The notes: generated by a model from the sequence alone, not told the origin. DNA of 64,000 bases from an uncultured virus (IMG/VR IMGVR_UViG_3300020428_000009) (IMGVR_UViG_3300020428_000009), one strand, 5' to 3'; shown: positions 10,522-20,924, numbered from the stretch's first letter. Translations and numbers: made by a program.

Positions 10522-11787
10522 ATGTATCTTTCTGAACAAATCCAAGAGAAATGGGCACCTGTTCTCGACCATAGTGATTTGGGTGAAATCAAGGATCCCT
10601 ATCGCAAGGCCGTAACAGCCGTCGTTCTTGAAAACCAAGAGAAAGCACTCCGCGAGGAGAAGGCTGCTCTATTCGAGGCAACTCACGCTAACGCTACAGG
10701 GGCATCTGTTGATAACTATGACCCTATTTTGATTAGCCTGGTTCGCCGAGCATTACCTAACCTCATGGCATACGATGTATGTGGTGTTCAGCCAATGACT
10801 GGACCTACTGGACTCATCTTTGCTATGAAATCACATTACACTTCACAGACAGGAACAGAAGCCCTGTTTAATGAAGCAGACACCGACTTTGCTGGTGCAG
10901 GTACTCACGCTGGTTCAAACCCAGTTGACGGTACTTACACAACTGGTACTGGCGTTGCTACTTCAACTGCTGAAGGTTTCGGTGATTCAACTACCCTTAA
11001 TCAGATGGCTTTCTCAATCGAGAAGACAACTGTTACTGCTAAGTCAAGGGCGTTGAAAGCAGAATACACTGTAGAACTTGCACAAGATTTGAAAGCAGTT
11101 CACGGTCTTGATGCAGAATCAGAATTATCAAACATTCTGTCTCAAGAAATTCTTGCTGAGATCAACCGAGAAGTTATTCGTACAATCTACAAAGTTGCTA
11201 AGACTGGCGCCGCATCAACTGCTACTGCCGGTACTTTTGACCTTGATGTCGATTCAAACGGCAGATGGTCAGTTGAGCGATTCAAAGGCTTACTTTTCAA
11301 CATTGAAAGGGATGCTAATGTCATTGCTCAAGATACTCGTAGAGGAAAAGGTAACTTCATCATCTGTTCTTCAGATGTAGCCTCTGCACTTTCAATGGCT
11401 GGTGTTCTTGACTATGCACCTGCACTTCAGACTAATCTGGATGTAGATGACACAGGAAACACATTCGCAGGAACTCTTAACGGACGCTACAAAGTGTTTG
11501 TTGATCCATATTCAGCAAATACTGGCGCCGCTTCACAGTTTTATGTATGTGGCTATAAAGGAACTTCTGCATATGACGCAGGCCTTTTCTACTGCCCTTA
11601 TGTACCTCTGCAAATGGTTCGTGCAATCGATCCTTCCACTTTCCAACCTAAGATTGGATTCAAGACTCGGTACGGCATGATTGCTAACCCATATGTTACA
11701 CAATCTGATGGTACTACAGACGCGGCAACATTTACTGCTGACCGTAACCAGTACTACCGTTCAGTTAAAGTAACGAATCTTATGTAA
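10522..11787 (+). CDS. gp23: Major capsid protein
   Basis: GVQPMTGPTGLIFAM, KSRALKAEYT, YCPYVPLQM, FQPKIGFKTRYG. Confidence 0.98.
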   Translation: MYLSEQIQEKWAPVLDHSDLGEIKDPYRKAVTAVVLENQEKALREEKAALFEATHANATGASVDNYDPILISLVRRALPNLMAYDVCGVQPMTGPTGLIFAMKSHYTSQTGTEALFNEADTDFAGAGTHAGSNPVDGTYTTGTGVATSTAEGFGDSTTLNQMAFSIEKTTVTAKSRALKAEYTVELAQDLKAVHGLDAESELSNILSQEILAEINREVIRTIYKVAKTGAASTATAGTFDLDVDSNGRWSVERFKGLLFNIERDANVIAQDTRRGKGNFIICSSDVASALSMAGVLDYAPALQTNLDVDDTGNTFAGTLNGRYKVFVDPYSANTGAASQFYVCGYKGTSAYDAGLFYCPYVPLQMVRAIDPSTFQPKIGFKTRYGMIANPYVTQSDGTTDAATFTADRNQYYRSVKVTNLM

Positions 11788-11816
11788 CAATAAGAAGAGT
11801 TCTTTTAAGAACCTTG

Positions 11817-11846
11817 AGGGGAGATCATCGATCTCCCCTTTTTTTT
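11817..11846 (+). terminator. Intrinsic terminator after gp23
   Basis: aggggagatc-atc-gatctcccct stem followed by T run. Confidence 0.9.
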
Positions 11847-11850
11847 GTCG

Positions 11851-11858
11851 TATAAATA
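11851..11858 (+). promoter_or_regulatory. T4-type late promoter TATAAATA (gp3)
   Basis: Exact motif directly after terminator. Confidence 0.8.
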
Positions 11859-11879
11859 GTAGCATGAAAGGAGAAATAA

Positions 11880-12464
11880 ATGGCTTATGATCCAATAGTT
11901 AGTGTTACTGAAGGAACTTATGCGGCGCAAAATCCGTCTGAGTTAGACTATCTTAGGCCTAACGGTTTTAGATTTCAAATACATAATATACCCAATGTTT
12001 CTTTTTTCTGTCAGGCTGCTAATTTGCCTGAAATTTCAATGGGATTTCCTGAAGTACAAACACCACTTTCAAACATTCCTTTTCCAGGAGATAAAGTACA
12101 ATTTGGTGAATTGATGATTCGTTTTCTTGTTCAAGAAGATATGTCTAACTATAAAGAGTTATACAATTGGATAAGAGCGTTAGGGTTTCCAGAGAAACAT
12201 TCCGAGTTCAAAGACTATATCAGTAGTCAAAAATATAGAACTGCATTTTCTACTGACTCAAAAGCAGAAGGTATTGCTCAAGTTAGTGATGCGACTCTAT
12301 TTGTTCTAGACTCAAATAACAATCCAACACAGGCAGTTAAATTCTTAGATGCCTTTCCGATTTCATTATCTGGTCTAGACTTTGATATCACCAATGGCGC
12401 TGGCAATTATTTTATTGGACTTGCGTCATTTCGCTACAGGATATACGATATCGAGAATGTATAA
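11880..12464 (+). CDS. gp3: Tail completion / sheath stabilizer protein
   Basis: FFCQAANLP, PGDK..FGEL..RFLVQEDMSNY, DAFPISLSGLDFD; follows gp23 as in marine T4-likes. Confidence 0.88.
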   Translation: MAYDPIVSVTEGTYAAQNPSELDYLRPNGFRFQIHNIPNVSFFCQAANLPEISMGFPEVQTPLSNIPFPGDKVQFGELMIRFLVQEDMSNYKELYNWIRALGFPEKHSEFKDYISSQKYRTAFSTDSKAEGIAQVSDATLFVLDSNNNPTQAVKFLDAFPISLSGLDFDITNGAGNYFIGLASFRYRIYDIENV

Positions 12465-12467
12465 ATA
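12460..12467 (+). promoter_or_regulatory. T4-type late promoter TATAAATA (uvsY)
   Basis: Exact motif overlapping gp3 stop. Confidence 0.7.
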
Positions 12468-12490
12468 GCAACATATATTATGAGAGGTTT

Positions 12491-12937
12491 GTGATGATAT
12501 CTTTAAATGAGTTACAAGAAATATGGAGCATCGATTGTAAGATAGATGATCTTCAACTTGGTAAAGAAAGTACCAAAACACCAGAGTTACACGCAAAATA
12601 TTTAGCACATTTATCAACTGCAAAATTACAATTACGAAAAGCCGAAGCCGATCTCTACAAACTGAAGGCAATAAAAGTAAAATACTTCAGAGGAGAATTG
12701 AGTAGAGAAGAATTGTCTAACCTAGGTTGGGAACAATATCTCGGCATAAAGCCACTAAAGAATGATCTGCAGGAAATATTAAACGCTGATGATGATGTAA
12801 GTAAACAAGAAGACAAGGCAGAATACATCAGGACGATAGTAGACTTCCTTGAGCGAGTGTTAAGATCACTCAATAGTAGATCGTTTGATATAAAGAATTC
12901 TATTGAGTGGGAGAAGTTTACTAATGGATTACTGTAG
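12491..12937 (+). CDS. uvsY: Recombination mediator UvsY
   Basis: PELHAKYL, RSFDIKNSIEWEKF; precedes uvsW. Confidence 0.9.
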   Translation: MMISLNELQEIWSIDCKIDDLQLGKESTKTPELHAKYLAHLSTAKLQLRKAEADLYKLKAIKVKYFRGELSREELSNLGWEQYLGIKPLKNDLQEILNADDDVSKQEDKAEYIRTIVDFLERVLRSLNSRSFDIKNSIEWEKFTNGLL

Positions 12938-12939
12938 TT

Positions 12940-14421
12940 TTGATTACTGTCACTAAGAAAGACGAAGTTCACCTTCTTATTGAGACTGACCCATCTACCG
13001 CAAAAGAGATTGTCGATTTCTTTACATTTGAAGTACCAGGTGCAAGATTTATGCCTGCGTACAGAAATAGAATGTGGGATGGGAAGGTGCGTCTGTTCAA
13101 CATGTACACAAGAGAACTCTATCTTGGCTTGTTAGACTATCTTAAAGAATTCGCAGACCAATTAGAATACAAAATAAAAATCGATATGGAAGATGTTGGT
13201 GAACCAATTTCATCAACTTACATTAACAATTTAATACAGGAGTTAAATTTACAAAGCAATGGTAGACAAATTGAAATACGAGATTACCAACTTGACGCTG
13301 TTAGCCAAGCCATACGGAAGGGCCGCTGTCTCCTTCTTAGTCCCACTGGCAGTGGTAAGTCTCTCATTATCTTTACCCTTGTTCATTATCATAGTAAGTT
13401 AGGCAGAAAACAGTTAATAGTCGTACCCACGACTAGCCTAGTTGAACAGATGTATGGAGATTTCGCAGACTACGCCTCTGCCATCGAGTGGGATGTCTCC
13501 AAAAATTGTCACAGAATTTACAGTGGTAAAGAAAAGTCAAATGAAGCGCCAATAGTTATCAGTACTTGGCAGTCCATATACAAATTTCCGAAATCTTGGT
13601 TTGATTCTTTCGATGTCATATACGGTGACGAAGCACACCTGTTCAAAGCAAAATCTTTAACTACATTGATGGACAAACTAACACATACTCCTTATAGAAT
13701 AGGAACTACTGGTACGCTAGACGGTGCAAAAACAAATAAGTTAGTATTAGAAGGAGTGTTTGGTCCAGTACATAAGGTTACTACTACAAAGAAACTGATG
13801 GACGATAAACAATTAGCCGATCTAAAGATCGTTTGTTTATTGATTGAATATCCTGATGAGCAAAGAAAAGTTGTTTCTAAAATGACCTATCAAGAAGAGA
13901 TAGATTGGATAATAAGTAATCCCAAAAGAAATAATATCTTAACTAATTTAGCATTATCACAAACAGGTAATACATTATTGTTATATCAATTTGTTGAGAA
14001 GCACGGTAAAATTTTATACAATTTAATTAGAGACAAAGCAAAAGAAAACAGGAAAGTATTTTTTGTTTATGGTGGAACGGATGCAGAACAAAGAAACCAA
14101 ATTAGAGGGTTGACAGAGAAGGAAAAGGATGCTATAATTATCGCTAGTTACGGAACATTTTCAACAGGTATAAATATAAGAAACTTACACAATGTTATAT
14201 TTGCTTCTCCTAGCAAAAGTAGAATTAGAAATTTGCAATCGATTGGTAGGGGATTAAGACAAGGTGATCAAAAAGAAACCTGTAATCTATTCGATGTTGG
14301 CGATGATCTATCTTGGAAATCTAAAAGAAATTTTACTTTAGATCATATGCTAGAAAGAATAAAATTGTATAACGAAGAAAGTTTTAAATATAAGGTAGCA
14401 AAGGTACAAATCAATGACTGA
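12940..14421 (+). CDS. uvsW: SF2 DNA helicase UvsW
   Basis: SPTGSGKS, DEAH, QSIGRGLR. Confidence 0.96.
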   Translation: MITVTKKDEVHLLIETDPSTAKEIVDFFTFEVPGARFMPAYRNRMWDGKVRLFNMYTRELYLGLLDYLKEFADQLEYKIKIDMEDVGEPISSTYINNLIQELNLQSNGRQIEIRDYQLDAVSQAIRKGRCLLLSPTGSGKSLIIFTLVHYHSKLGRKQLIVVPTTSLVEQMYGDFADYASAIEWDVSKNCHRIYSGKEKSNEAPIVISTWQSIYKFPKSWFDSFDVIYGDEAHLFKAKSLTTLMDKLTHTPYRIGTTGTLDGAKTNKLVLEGVFGPVHKVTTTKKLMDDKQLADLKIVCLLIEYPDEQRKVVSKMTYQEEIDWIISNPKRNNILTNLALSQTGNTLLLYQFVEKHGKILYNLIRDKAKENRKVFFVYGGTDAEQRNQIRGLTEKEKDAIIIASYGTFSTGINIRNLHNVIFASPSKSRIRNLQSIGRGLRQGDQKETCNLFDVGDDLSWKSKRNFTLDHMLERIKLYNEESFKYKVAKVQIND

Positions 14422-14800
14422 TTTAAAAGTTGTAACATTCACGGACGATTTTCAACTTATATGTGGAGTTGAAGAATCAACGAATCATTACAGGTTAATT
14501 ACGCCTTTAAAAATAATGCGAAACTTCTTTGAAGATGAATTCGGTCACGCAGAACAAATTGCTTTAATGGGATGGATTCCTTTTACCGATGAAAAAATCT
14601 TTACTGTACAAAAGAGCCACATTTTAAATGTTTCCACTTTAGATGAAAGTTATGTGGCAGATTACGAAGCCCTTGTAGATAAAATTTATAACTACAAAGA
14701 AAGATTGAAGCAAGCGAAAAAAGAGATTTCTGAATCGGGAGCATCGCCAATCGATATGTTAGAATATCTAGAAGCAAGAGATAGAAATAAAATTAATTGA
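14414..14800 (+). CDS. Conserved hypothetical protein between uvsW and gp55
   Basis: Start overlaps uvsW stop; position typical of T4-likes. Confidence 0.6.
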   Translation: MTDLKVVTFTDDFQLICGVEESTNHYRLITPLKIMRNFFEDEFGHAEQIALMGWIPFTDEKIFTVQKSHILNVSTLDESYVADYEALVDKIYNYKERLKQAKKEISESGASPIDMLEYLEARDRNKIN

Positions 14801-14820
14801 TTTCAAAAAGCGACACGCCT

Positions 14821-14849
14821 ATTATACAACGGCGATGTTCATTTGTCAA
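14821..14849 (-). promoter_or_regulatory. Perfect-consensus sigma70 promoter on the minus strand (TTGACA-N17-TATAAT)
   Basis: + strand reads attata-N17-tgtcaa in the intergenic gap before gp55. Confidence 0.7.
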
Positions 14850-14880
14850 GTAATTTCTTACATTATGGAGAAAAAAAATT

Positions 14881-15513
14881 ATGCCTAAACGAGATAAAAA
14901 CAGCCGACATTATGTCGATAACAAGGAGTTTCTGGTAAACATTACAGAATACCGTGAAACTGTACTTGCCGCGAAAGAAGATAAAAGCAAGTACGATCCA
15001 GAGGCTGAAGAATGGATAGGAGAAAAACCCAGGGTAACAAATTACTTGGGTGAATGTTTTGTTAAGATCGCAAATCATCTTGCATACAAATCGAATTTTG
15101 TGAATTATACTTTCAGAGATGAAATGATTCTAGATGGTATTGAAAATTGCATAACTTATATTGATAACTTCAATCCCGCAAAATCCAAAAATCCTTTTGC
15201 GTATTTCACGCAAATTACCTACTATGCTTTTATTCGTAGAATTCAGAAAGAGAAGAGACAACTTGAAACTAAGTTAAAGTATATTCAGAATTCTGATATA
15301 GACTCCGTATTATCACAAGAACATGATGGTGATACACATACGAATGAATACTTGCAGTATATTAGAAAGCAAGTAGACGAAGCACAGAAACATCATGAGG
15401 ATTACAAAAATGAGAACGCTAAGATACCTAAGCGTAGACCCAAGTATCTAGATGACAAGCAAGCACTGGAGATGGCTAAGGAAAAAATTCCTGCATTGAA
15501 AGAAAACACTTGA
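14881..15513 (+). CDS. gp55: Late transcription sigma factor
   Basis: HYVDNKEF, NFVNYTFRDEMILDGIENC, NPFAYFTQI. Confidence 0.96.
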   Translation: MPKRDKNSRHYVDNKEFLVNITEYRETVLAAKEDKSKYDPEAEEWIGEKPRVTNYLGECFVKIANHLAYKSNFVNYTFRDEMILDGIENCITYIDNFNPAKSKNPFAYFTQITYYAFIRRIQKEKRQLETKLKYIQNSDIDSVLSQEHDGDTHTNEYLQYIRKQVDEAQKHHEDYKNENAKIPKRRPKYLDDKQALEMAKEKIPALKENT

Positions 15514-15538
15514 CATTGCCCTCTATTTTTGTTATGAT
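15510..15538 (+). promoter_or_regulatory. Sigma70-type promoter TTGACA-N17-TATGAT
   Basis: Near-consensus, with TG extension before -10. Confidence 0.7.
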
Positions 15539-15569
15539 GGTACCAATTAACTTGAAAAAGAGGCAATAA

Positions 15570-16112
15570 ATGGGTTCTCCGACACATCCTAAGCAGTCTC
15601 ATGTGATGATAGATATAGAAACTTTATCTACATGTAACAATGCATGTATTATTTCTATAGGGGCTGTTTTGTTCAATGTCAAAGAAGGCATATTAGATAC
15701 ATTCTATCGAAATATAGATGCTCAGACTTGTAAAGATGTGGGTCTGGTGATATCTAAAGATACAGTCGAATGGTGGGCAAAGCAAGATCATGCGGCAGTC
15801 GCGGCTTTGATGAAAGATCAAAAGCCAATAACAGAAGTTCTTCAAGATTTCAATAAGTGGTTAGATGGAGAAAGAATCATGCCATGGGGTAATGGTTCTT
15901 CTTTTGATATTACCATAATGGAATCTGCATTTCAAGCAACAGGCGTTAGTGTGCCATGGTTTCATTGGGATATCATGTGTTTCCGTACTGTGATGAATTT
16001 GATGGGTATAAGTAATAAAGATATACGCTCAGCCGAAGATGACATTCATCACCATGCATTGGACGATGCACTAAGTCAAACAAAAACTTTATTAAAAATC
16101 TTACGCACATGA
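15570..16112 (+). CDS. DEDDh 3'-5' exonuclease (DexA / RNase AS-like)
   Basis: MIDIETL, WGNGSSFD, HHALDDA. Confidence 0.85.
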   Translation: MGSPTHPKQSHVMIDIETLSTCNNACIISIGAVLFNVKEGILDTFYRNIDAQTCKDVGLVISKDTVEWWAKQDHAAVAALMKDQKPITEVLQDFNKWLDGERIMPWGNGSSFDITIMESAFQATGVSVPWFHWDIMCFRTVMNLMGISNKDIRSAEDDIHHHALDDALSQTKTLLKILRT

Positions 16113-17176
16113 AAATAGCATTAGTTACTGATACACACTTTGGTGCAAGAAGTGATGCTCTTGCATTTGATAACTTTTTTCGCAGATTTTACAGCGAGTT
16201 CTTTTTTCCTGAGATACAGAAGAGAGAAATAAAAACAATAATGCATTTGGGTGATGTTTTCGACAGACGAAAATATATAAATTATAATACACTTAAATCT
16301 TGCAAAGAGTATTTTTTTGATAAAGCACGGAGTCTAGGGATAGATGTGCATTTGATTCCTGGTAATCATGATACTTATTTTAAAAATACAAATGAAGTTA
16401 ATTCACCAGAATTACTTCTAAGGGAGTATGACAATGTTCAAATTTATCCCGATGTTACTGAACTGGAATTTGATAAGAGAAAAATTCTTTTTGTCCCTTG
16501 GATCTGTAATGAGAATTATCAAGACACCATGGAAAAAATCAAATCTACAGATGCATCGGTCTGTTTTGGACATTTTGAGTTCTCTGGTTTTCAGATGTAT
16601 AGAGGCATTGCAAACGATCACGGAATGGATACTGACCCGTTTAGCAATTTTGATTTGGTTTGCTCTGGTCACTATCATCACCGTTCTAGTGATGGTAATA
16701 TTTTGTATCTTGGTAATCCTTATGAAATTACATGGAATGATTATGATGACCCTAGAGGGTTTAACATCTATAATACGGAGGATAACTTAGTTGAACATTT
16801 ACAAAACCCTTTCAAAATATTTCACAAGTTTTATTATGATGACACATCTGATTCCTTCAGAAGCGATCTTGATACTTTCGATTATAATATTATTGCTAAT
16901 ACCTGCGTAAAGGTAATTGTTGTACGAAAGAATGATTTTGTTTACTTTGATAGTTTTATTGATAGACTCTACCAATGTAATTTAATAGAGTTGAAGATAG
17001 TAGAAGACTTTTCAGAGTTTGAAGATGAAGCAGTTGGTGAGATCGAAGTTAATCCAGAAGATACTCTAACGCTATTGAATGATTACATCGATAGTATATC
17101 TACTGAATTAGATACTAATAGATTAAAAACTGTTATGCGTACTCTTTATGTAGAAGCACAAAACTACGGATCTTAA
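16109..17176 (+). CDS. gp47: Recombination endonuclease subunit (Mre11/SbcD-like)
   Basis: DTHFG, GDVFD, GNHD, SGHYH. Confidence 0.96.
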   Translation: MKIALVTDTHFGARSDALAFDNFFRRFYSEFFFPEIQKREIKTIMHLGDVFDRRKYINYNTLKSCKEYFFDKARSLGIDVHLIPGNHDTYFKNTNEVNSPELLLREYDNVQIYPDVTELEFDKRKILFVPWICNENYQDTMEKIKSTDASVCFGHFEFSGFQMYRGIANDHGMDTDPFSNFDLVCSGHYHHRSSDGNILYLGNPYEITWNDYDDPRGFNIYNTEDNLVEHLQNPFKIFHKFYYDDTSDSFRSDLDTFDYNIIANTCVKVIVVRKNDFVYFDSFIDRLYQCNLIELKIVEDFSEFEDEAVGEIEVNPEDTLTLLNDYIDSISTELDTNRLKTVMRTLYVEAQNYGS

Positions 17177-17177
17177 A

Positions 17178-17993
17178 ATGTTAAAATATTTGGTTGCATC
17201 GGGGTGTTCATTCACCTGTGAGAATTTACAAAATCACACTTCAGACACCGTTGATTTTTTGACAACTTGGGTTACACCTCTCGCCAAGTCTTTAGGTGTT
17301 GATAAAATTAATATGGGATTAGGTTCACAGGGCAATGGTCTTATCATGAAAAAGGCTATGTGGGCAGTTAGTGATTTGCTTAAACAAGATGTGAGTCCAG
17401 AAGATATTCTCGCTGTAGTCATGTGGTCAGGTCCTTCTAGAATGGAGTGGTTTGATGAAGATAATACACAATTACCAAATCGTGATAATTGGATTCACTT
17501 ACGAAATCCTGAAACATTTATTCCTGATGCATCTGGTGGTTGGGTAATAGGAAACAGTCACTGGCAAGAAGGCCGATCAAAAACTTGGTATCAACATTTT
17601 CAAAATAATACTTATGATATTATAACAACCTATGAACACATTCTTAATCTACAGAACTTCTTTGATGTTCATGGCATCAAATATGTGATGACAACATACA
17701 CCGCTACTGCTTTAAATAACTATGGAATGAACAATCGAGTTGGCAACTGGCAATCATATAAAACGGCTTCTAATGTTTCATGGATGAATGACATGATAGA
17801 TTGGAGTCATTGGGTGCCTATTACAGGAGAAGCAGATTGGTTACTGGATAACTACGATGAGTATGATGTATTTAGACCCGGTGAGATAAAACAAAATCCA
17901 CATGGTTATTGGCATCCTAGTCCACACGGGCACAAATTGTTTAGTGATAAAGTGTTGTTGCCTTTTGTGAGGAATTTATATGATACGGTTTGA
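17178..17993 (+). CDS. SGNH/GDSL-hydrolase-like hypothetical protein
   Basis: N-terminal GCSFT, G-x-GN, C-terminal HPS..GH. Confidence 0.55.
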   Translation: MLKYLVASGCSFTCENLQNHTSDTVDFLTTWVTPLAKSLGVDKINMGLGSQGNGLIMKKAMWAVSDLLKQDVSPEDILAVVMWSGPSRMEWFDEDNTQLPNRDNWIHLRNPETFIPDASGGWVIGNSHWQEGRSKTWYQHFQNNTYDIITTYEHILNLQNFFDVHGIKYVMTTYTATALNNYGMNNRVGNWQSYKTASNVSWMNDMIDWSHWVPITGEADWLLDNYDEYDVFRPGEIKQNPHGYWHPSPHGHKLFSDKVLLPFVRNLYDTV

Positions 17994-19650
17994 GAAGTTA
18001 AGATGGAAAAATTTTCTATCTACTGGTAATGCTTTTACCGAGATAGATTTTACGAGACATCCTAACACGCTTGTAATTGGTGAGAACGGTAGTGGTAAAT
18101 CAACATTACTTGATGCTCTGTGCTATTCATTATTTGATAGACCATTCAGAGCAATTAACAAACCACAATTAATCAATACTATAAATCTGAAACAAATGCT
18201 GACCGAGATAGAATTTCGTGTGGGTCAGAAAAGATATCTTGTTAGACGAGGTAGACAACCAATTGTGTTTGAGATATATTGTGATGATGTTTTAGTTGAT
18301 CAAGATGCCGCAACTAAAGATACACAAAAATATCTTGAAGAAACTATTCTCAAATTAAACTACAAATCATTCACTCAAATAGTAATTTTGGGTAGTGCAT
18401 CATTTACTCCTTTCATGCAGTTACCAACTGGACAGAGAAGAGAAATAATCGAAGACATCTTAGACATTCAAATTTTTACTATAATGAATCAGGTGTTAAA
18501 AGAACAAACTAATTCTTTAAAAGACACAATACGAGATTTAGATACGCAGTTAGAAGTGGGACAGCAAAAAGCAAAGATACAAGAGCAGTATATTCAGACT
18601 CTTGAAGAAAATAAAAAGAACAAAATAGATGAAATCGAATTAAAAATAGGAGAGATGAATGAGAACATACAGGCGCTTGAAAATGATAAGGGACTTCTCA
18701 GCGAGAAAAAGAGTTTACTTAATGACCCGCAAGAAAGACACAGAAAACTCCAAACTTATTCAGAAAAATTCGCGGAACAATTAAAGAAGATCAGAAAAGA
18801 ACTTGACTTCTATGAAAATCATGATGATTGTCCAACATGTAAGCAGGGTATACCACATGATTTTAAAGAAGAAATAAAGTTAAAGCGAACAGACAAAGCC
18901 ACAGAACTTGAAGAAGGAAAAGAAAAACTTGAAAAAGAGTTTGCTGAAGTTGAAACTTTAGTGACAAAATTTCTAGAGTTGAATGAAGAAATACTTTCTG
19001 TGACTAATGATATTGTTACTAGTGAGAGATTTCTTCAGAGACTAACACTAGAGAAGAGTGAAGCAGAAAAAAATGTTGGTGATATAGATGAAGAGAAGTC
19101 TAAATTACAAACAATGGTAAAAGAAGGTCTTGCTACTGGAAAAGAAAAGTCTGTAAAAAACGAAGAATTGCAATACCAAAATATTGCATCATCTTTGTTG
19201 AAAGATACTGGAATAAAAACTAGAGTAATAAAGAAATATCTTCCAGTCATCAATCAATTAGTTAATAAATATTTGGCTGCCATGGACTTCTTTGTGCATT
19301 TTGATTTGGATGAGAAGTTTAGCGAGACAATTAAATCTAGACACAGAGATAGATTTAGTTATGCCTCATTTAGTGAGGGCGAAAAACAGAGGATAGATTT
19401 AGCGTTATTGTTTACATGGCGAACAATAGCAAAAATGAAAAATAGTGCCGCTACTAATCTACTAGTACTTGATGAAGTGTTTGACAGTTCACTAGATACG
19501 AATGGTACTGATTATGTAATGTCTTTATTACAAACTATAGGCGATGATGCTAATGTGTTTGTGATAAGTCATAAAGGAGATCAGTTATTCGATAAATTTA
19601 GAGGCGTTATTAAATTTGAAAAAAGACAAAATTATTCGGTAATAGCATGA
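17980..19650 (+). CDS. gp46: Recombination endonuclease ATPase subunit (Rad50/SbcC-like)
   Basis: GENGSGKS, CPTC hook, FSEGEKQRID, LDEVFD. Confidence 0.96.
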   Translation: MIRFEKLRWKNFLSTGNAFTEIDFTRHPNTLVIGENGSGKSTLLDALCYSLFDRPFRAINKPQLINTINLKQMLTEIEFRVGQKRYLVRRGRQPIVFEIYCDDVLVDQDAATKDTQKYLEETILKLNYKSFTQIVILGSASFTPFMQLPTGQRREIIEDILDIQIFTIMNQVLKEQTNSLKDTIRDLDTQLEVGQQKAKIQEQYIQTLEENKKNKIDEIELKIGEMNENIQALENDKGLLSEKKSLLNDPQERHRKLQTYSEKFAEQLKKIRKELDFYENHDDCPTCKQGIPHDFKEEIKLKRTDKATELEEGKEKLEKEFAEVETLVTKFLELNEEILSVTNDIVTSERFLQRLTLEKSEAEKNVGDIDEEKSKLQTMVKEGLATGKEKSVKNEELQYQNIASSLLKDTGIKTRVIKKYLPVINQLVNKYLAAMDFFVHFDLDEKFSETIKSRHRDRFSYASFSEGEKQRIDLALLFTWRTIAKMKNSAATNLLVLDEVFDSSLDTNGTDYVMSLLQTIGDDANVFVISHKGDQLFDKFRGVIKFEKRQNYSVIA

Positions 19651-20243
19651 GTGAAAATATAAATATAGATGGAACAGAAGTACCTGTTATATACTTAGAA
19701 GATTTGAAATTGATTCCGTGGAACGATCCTAGGTTGTCCAGAGCACCATCGTTATTTGACTTTGAAAATCCACAGAATGATCCTTTGTTATTTCACAAGA
19801 ATGTACATAAGACTATGGTTGATTTGCGTGGTGTTGGATTATCTGCTAATCAAGTCGGTCTTGATATGAGATTCTTTACTATGGGTATACAGAGTCCAAA
19901 GACAGGAGAGATTTTTACTAGAACATGTTTTAATCCTGAGTTGTTAGGAGTTAGTGAAGAAGAAGAACTTGCAGATGAGGGGTGTCTTAGTATACCTGGA
20001 CTAGTATTGAAAGTCAAGAGACCTAAAGAATGTGATTTGAGATATACGAATGAGCATGGCGAAGAAAAGACAGAACACTTTATGGGCATTGCCGCTAGAG
20101 TAGTCTTACATGAATACGATCACATGCTCGGTGTTAATTTCATGACAAGAGTTTCAAAATTAAAATTAGACAGGGCATTTAAAAAACTTAATAAGAAATC
20201 GAGGCAGATTAAAAAGGACATAGAAAATGGCGTACTCAGATAA
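19647..20243 (+). CDS. def: Peptide deformylase
   Basis: GVGLSANQ, EGCLS, HEYDH. Confidence 0.93.
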   Translation: MSENINIDGTEVPVIYLEDLKLIPWNDPRLSRAPSLFDFENPQNDPLLFHKNVHKTMVDLRGVGLSANQVGLDMRFFTMGIQSPKTGEIFTRTCFNPELLGVSEEEELADEGCLSIPGLVLKVKRPKECDLRYTNEHGEEKTEHFMGIAARVVLHEYDHMLGVNFMTRVSKLKLDRAFKKLNKKSRQIKKDIENGVLR

Positions 20244-20604
20244 AGTTATAGATCACTATGAGAATCCACGAAATGTAGGTAAATGGGATCCTAAAACTGA
20301 TGGCGTTGGAACAGGGATGGTTGGAGCACCTGCTTGCGGTGATGTAATGAGATTACAAATAAAAGTTGAAGATAATATAATTAAGGATGCAAAATTTAAA
20401 ACATACGGTTGTGGTTCTGCCATAGCATCATCTTCATTATTAACTGAATGGGTAAAAAACAAAACACTGGAAGAAGCGGGCGAGATAAAGAATGTAGAAA
20501 TTGCTGATGAACTTGCTTTGCCTCCAGTGAAAATTCATTGTAGTGTGTTGGCTGAAGATGCTATTAAGGCCGCGATCCAAGATTACAGGGACAAAACATG
20601 CTAG
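20227..20604 (+). CDS. iscU: Fe-S cluster scaffold IscU
   Basis: MAYSDKVIDHYENPRNVG, APACGDVM, GCGSAIASSS, LPPVKIHCS. Confidence 0.96.
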   Translation: MAYSDKVIDHYENPRNVGKWDPKTDGVGTGMVGAPACGDVMRLQIKVEDNIIKDAKFKTYGCGSAIASSSLLTEWVKNKTLEEAGEIKNVEIADELALPPVKIHCSVLAEDAIKAAIQDYRDKTC

Positions 20605-20924
20605 AGATAACAGAAAATGCTAGAGAATACTGGCAAAATATATTAGATAAAAAACCAGGTGCAAAATACATTCGTCTTTCTATCAAAGGTGGTGGGTGTG
20701 CTGGATTTGCATACGACTGGGATTATACTGATAACGATGAGAGAGGAACTTTAGTTGATGACTTGCTAGTTGTAGACGATATTGCATCTATGGCAATTAT
20801 AGGTAGCACGATTGATTTTGTTGAAAATTTAGGTGGCGCTCATGTGACCATAGAAAATCCTAATGAGCAGGGTTCATGTGGTTGTGGAGAGAGCATACAA
20901 TTTGATATGGCTTCAATGGCGTAG
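20598..20924 (+). CDS. iscA: A-type Fe-S carrier (IscA/SufA/HesB family)
   Basis: GGGCAG and CGCGES motifs. Confidence 0.9.
   Translation: MLEITENAREYWQNILDKKPGAKYIRLSIKGGGCAGFAYDWDYTDNDERGTLVDDLLVVDDIASMAIIGSTIDFVENLGGAHVTIENPNEQGSCGCGESIQFDMASMA

Noticed and set aside
7271..19665. Intragenic TATAAATA matches at 7271, 14169 and 19658
   Set aside because: Expected by chance in AT-rich coding DNA and not placed just before a gene start or terminator; not called as promoters
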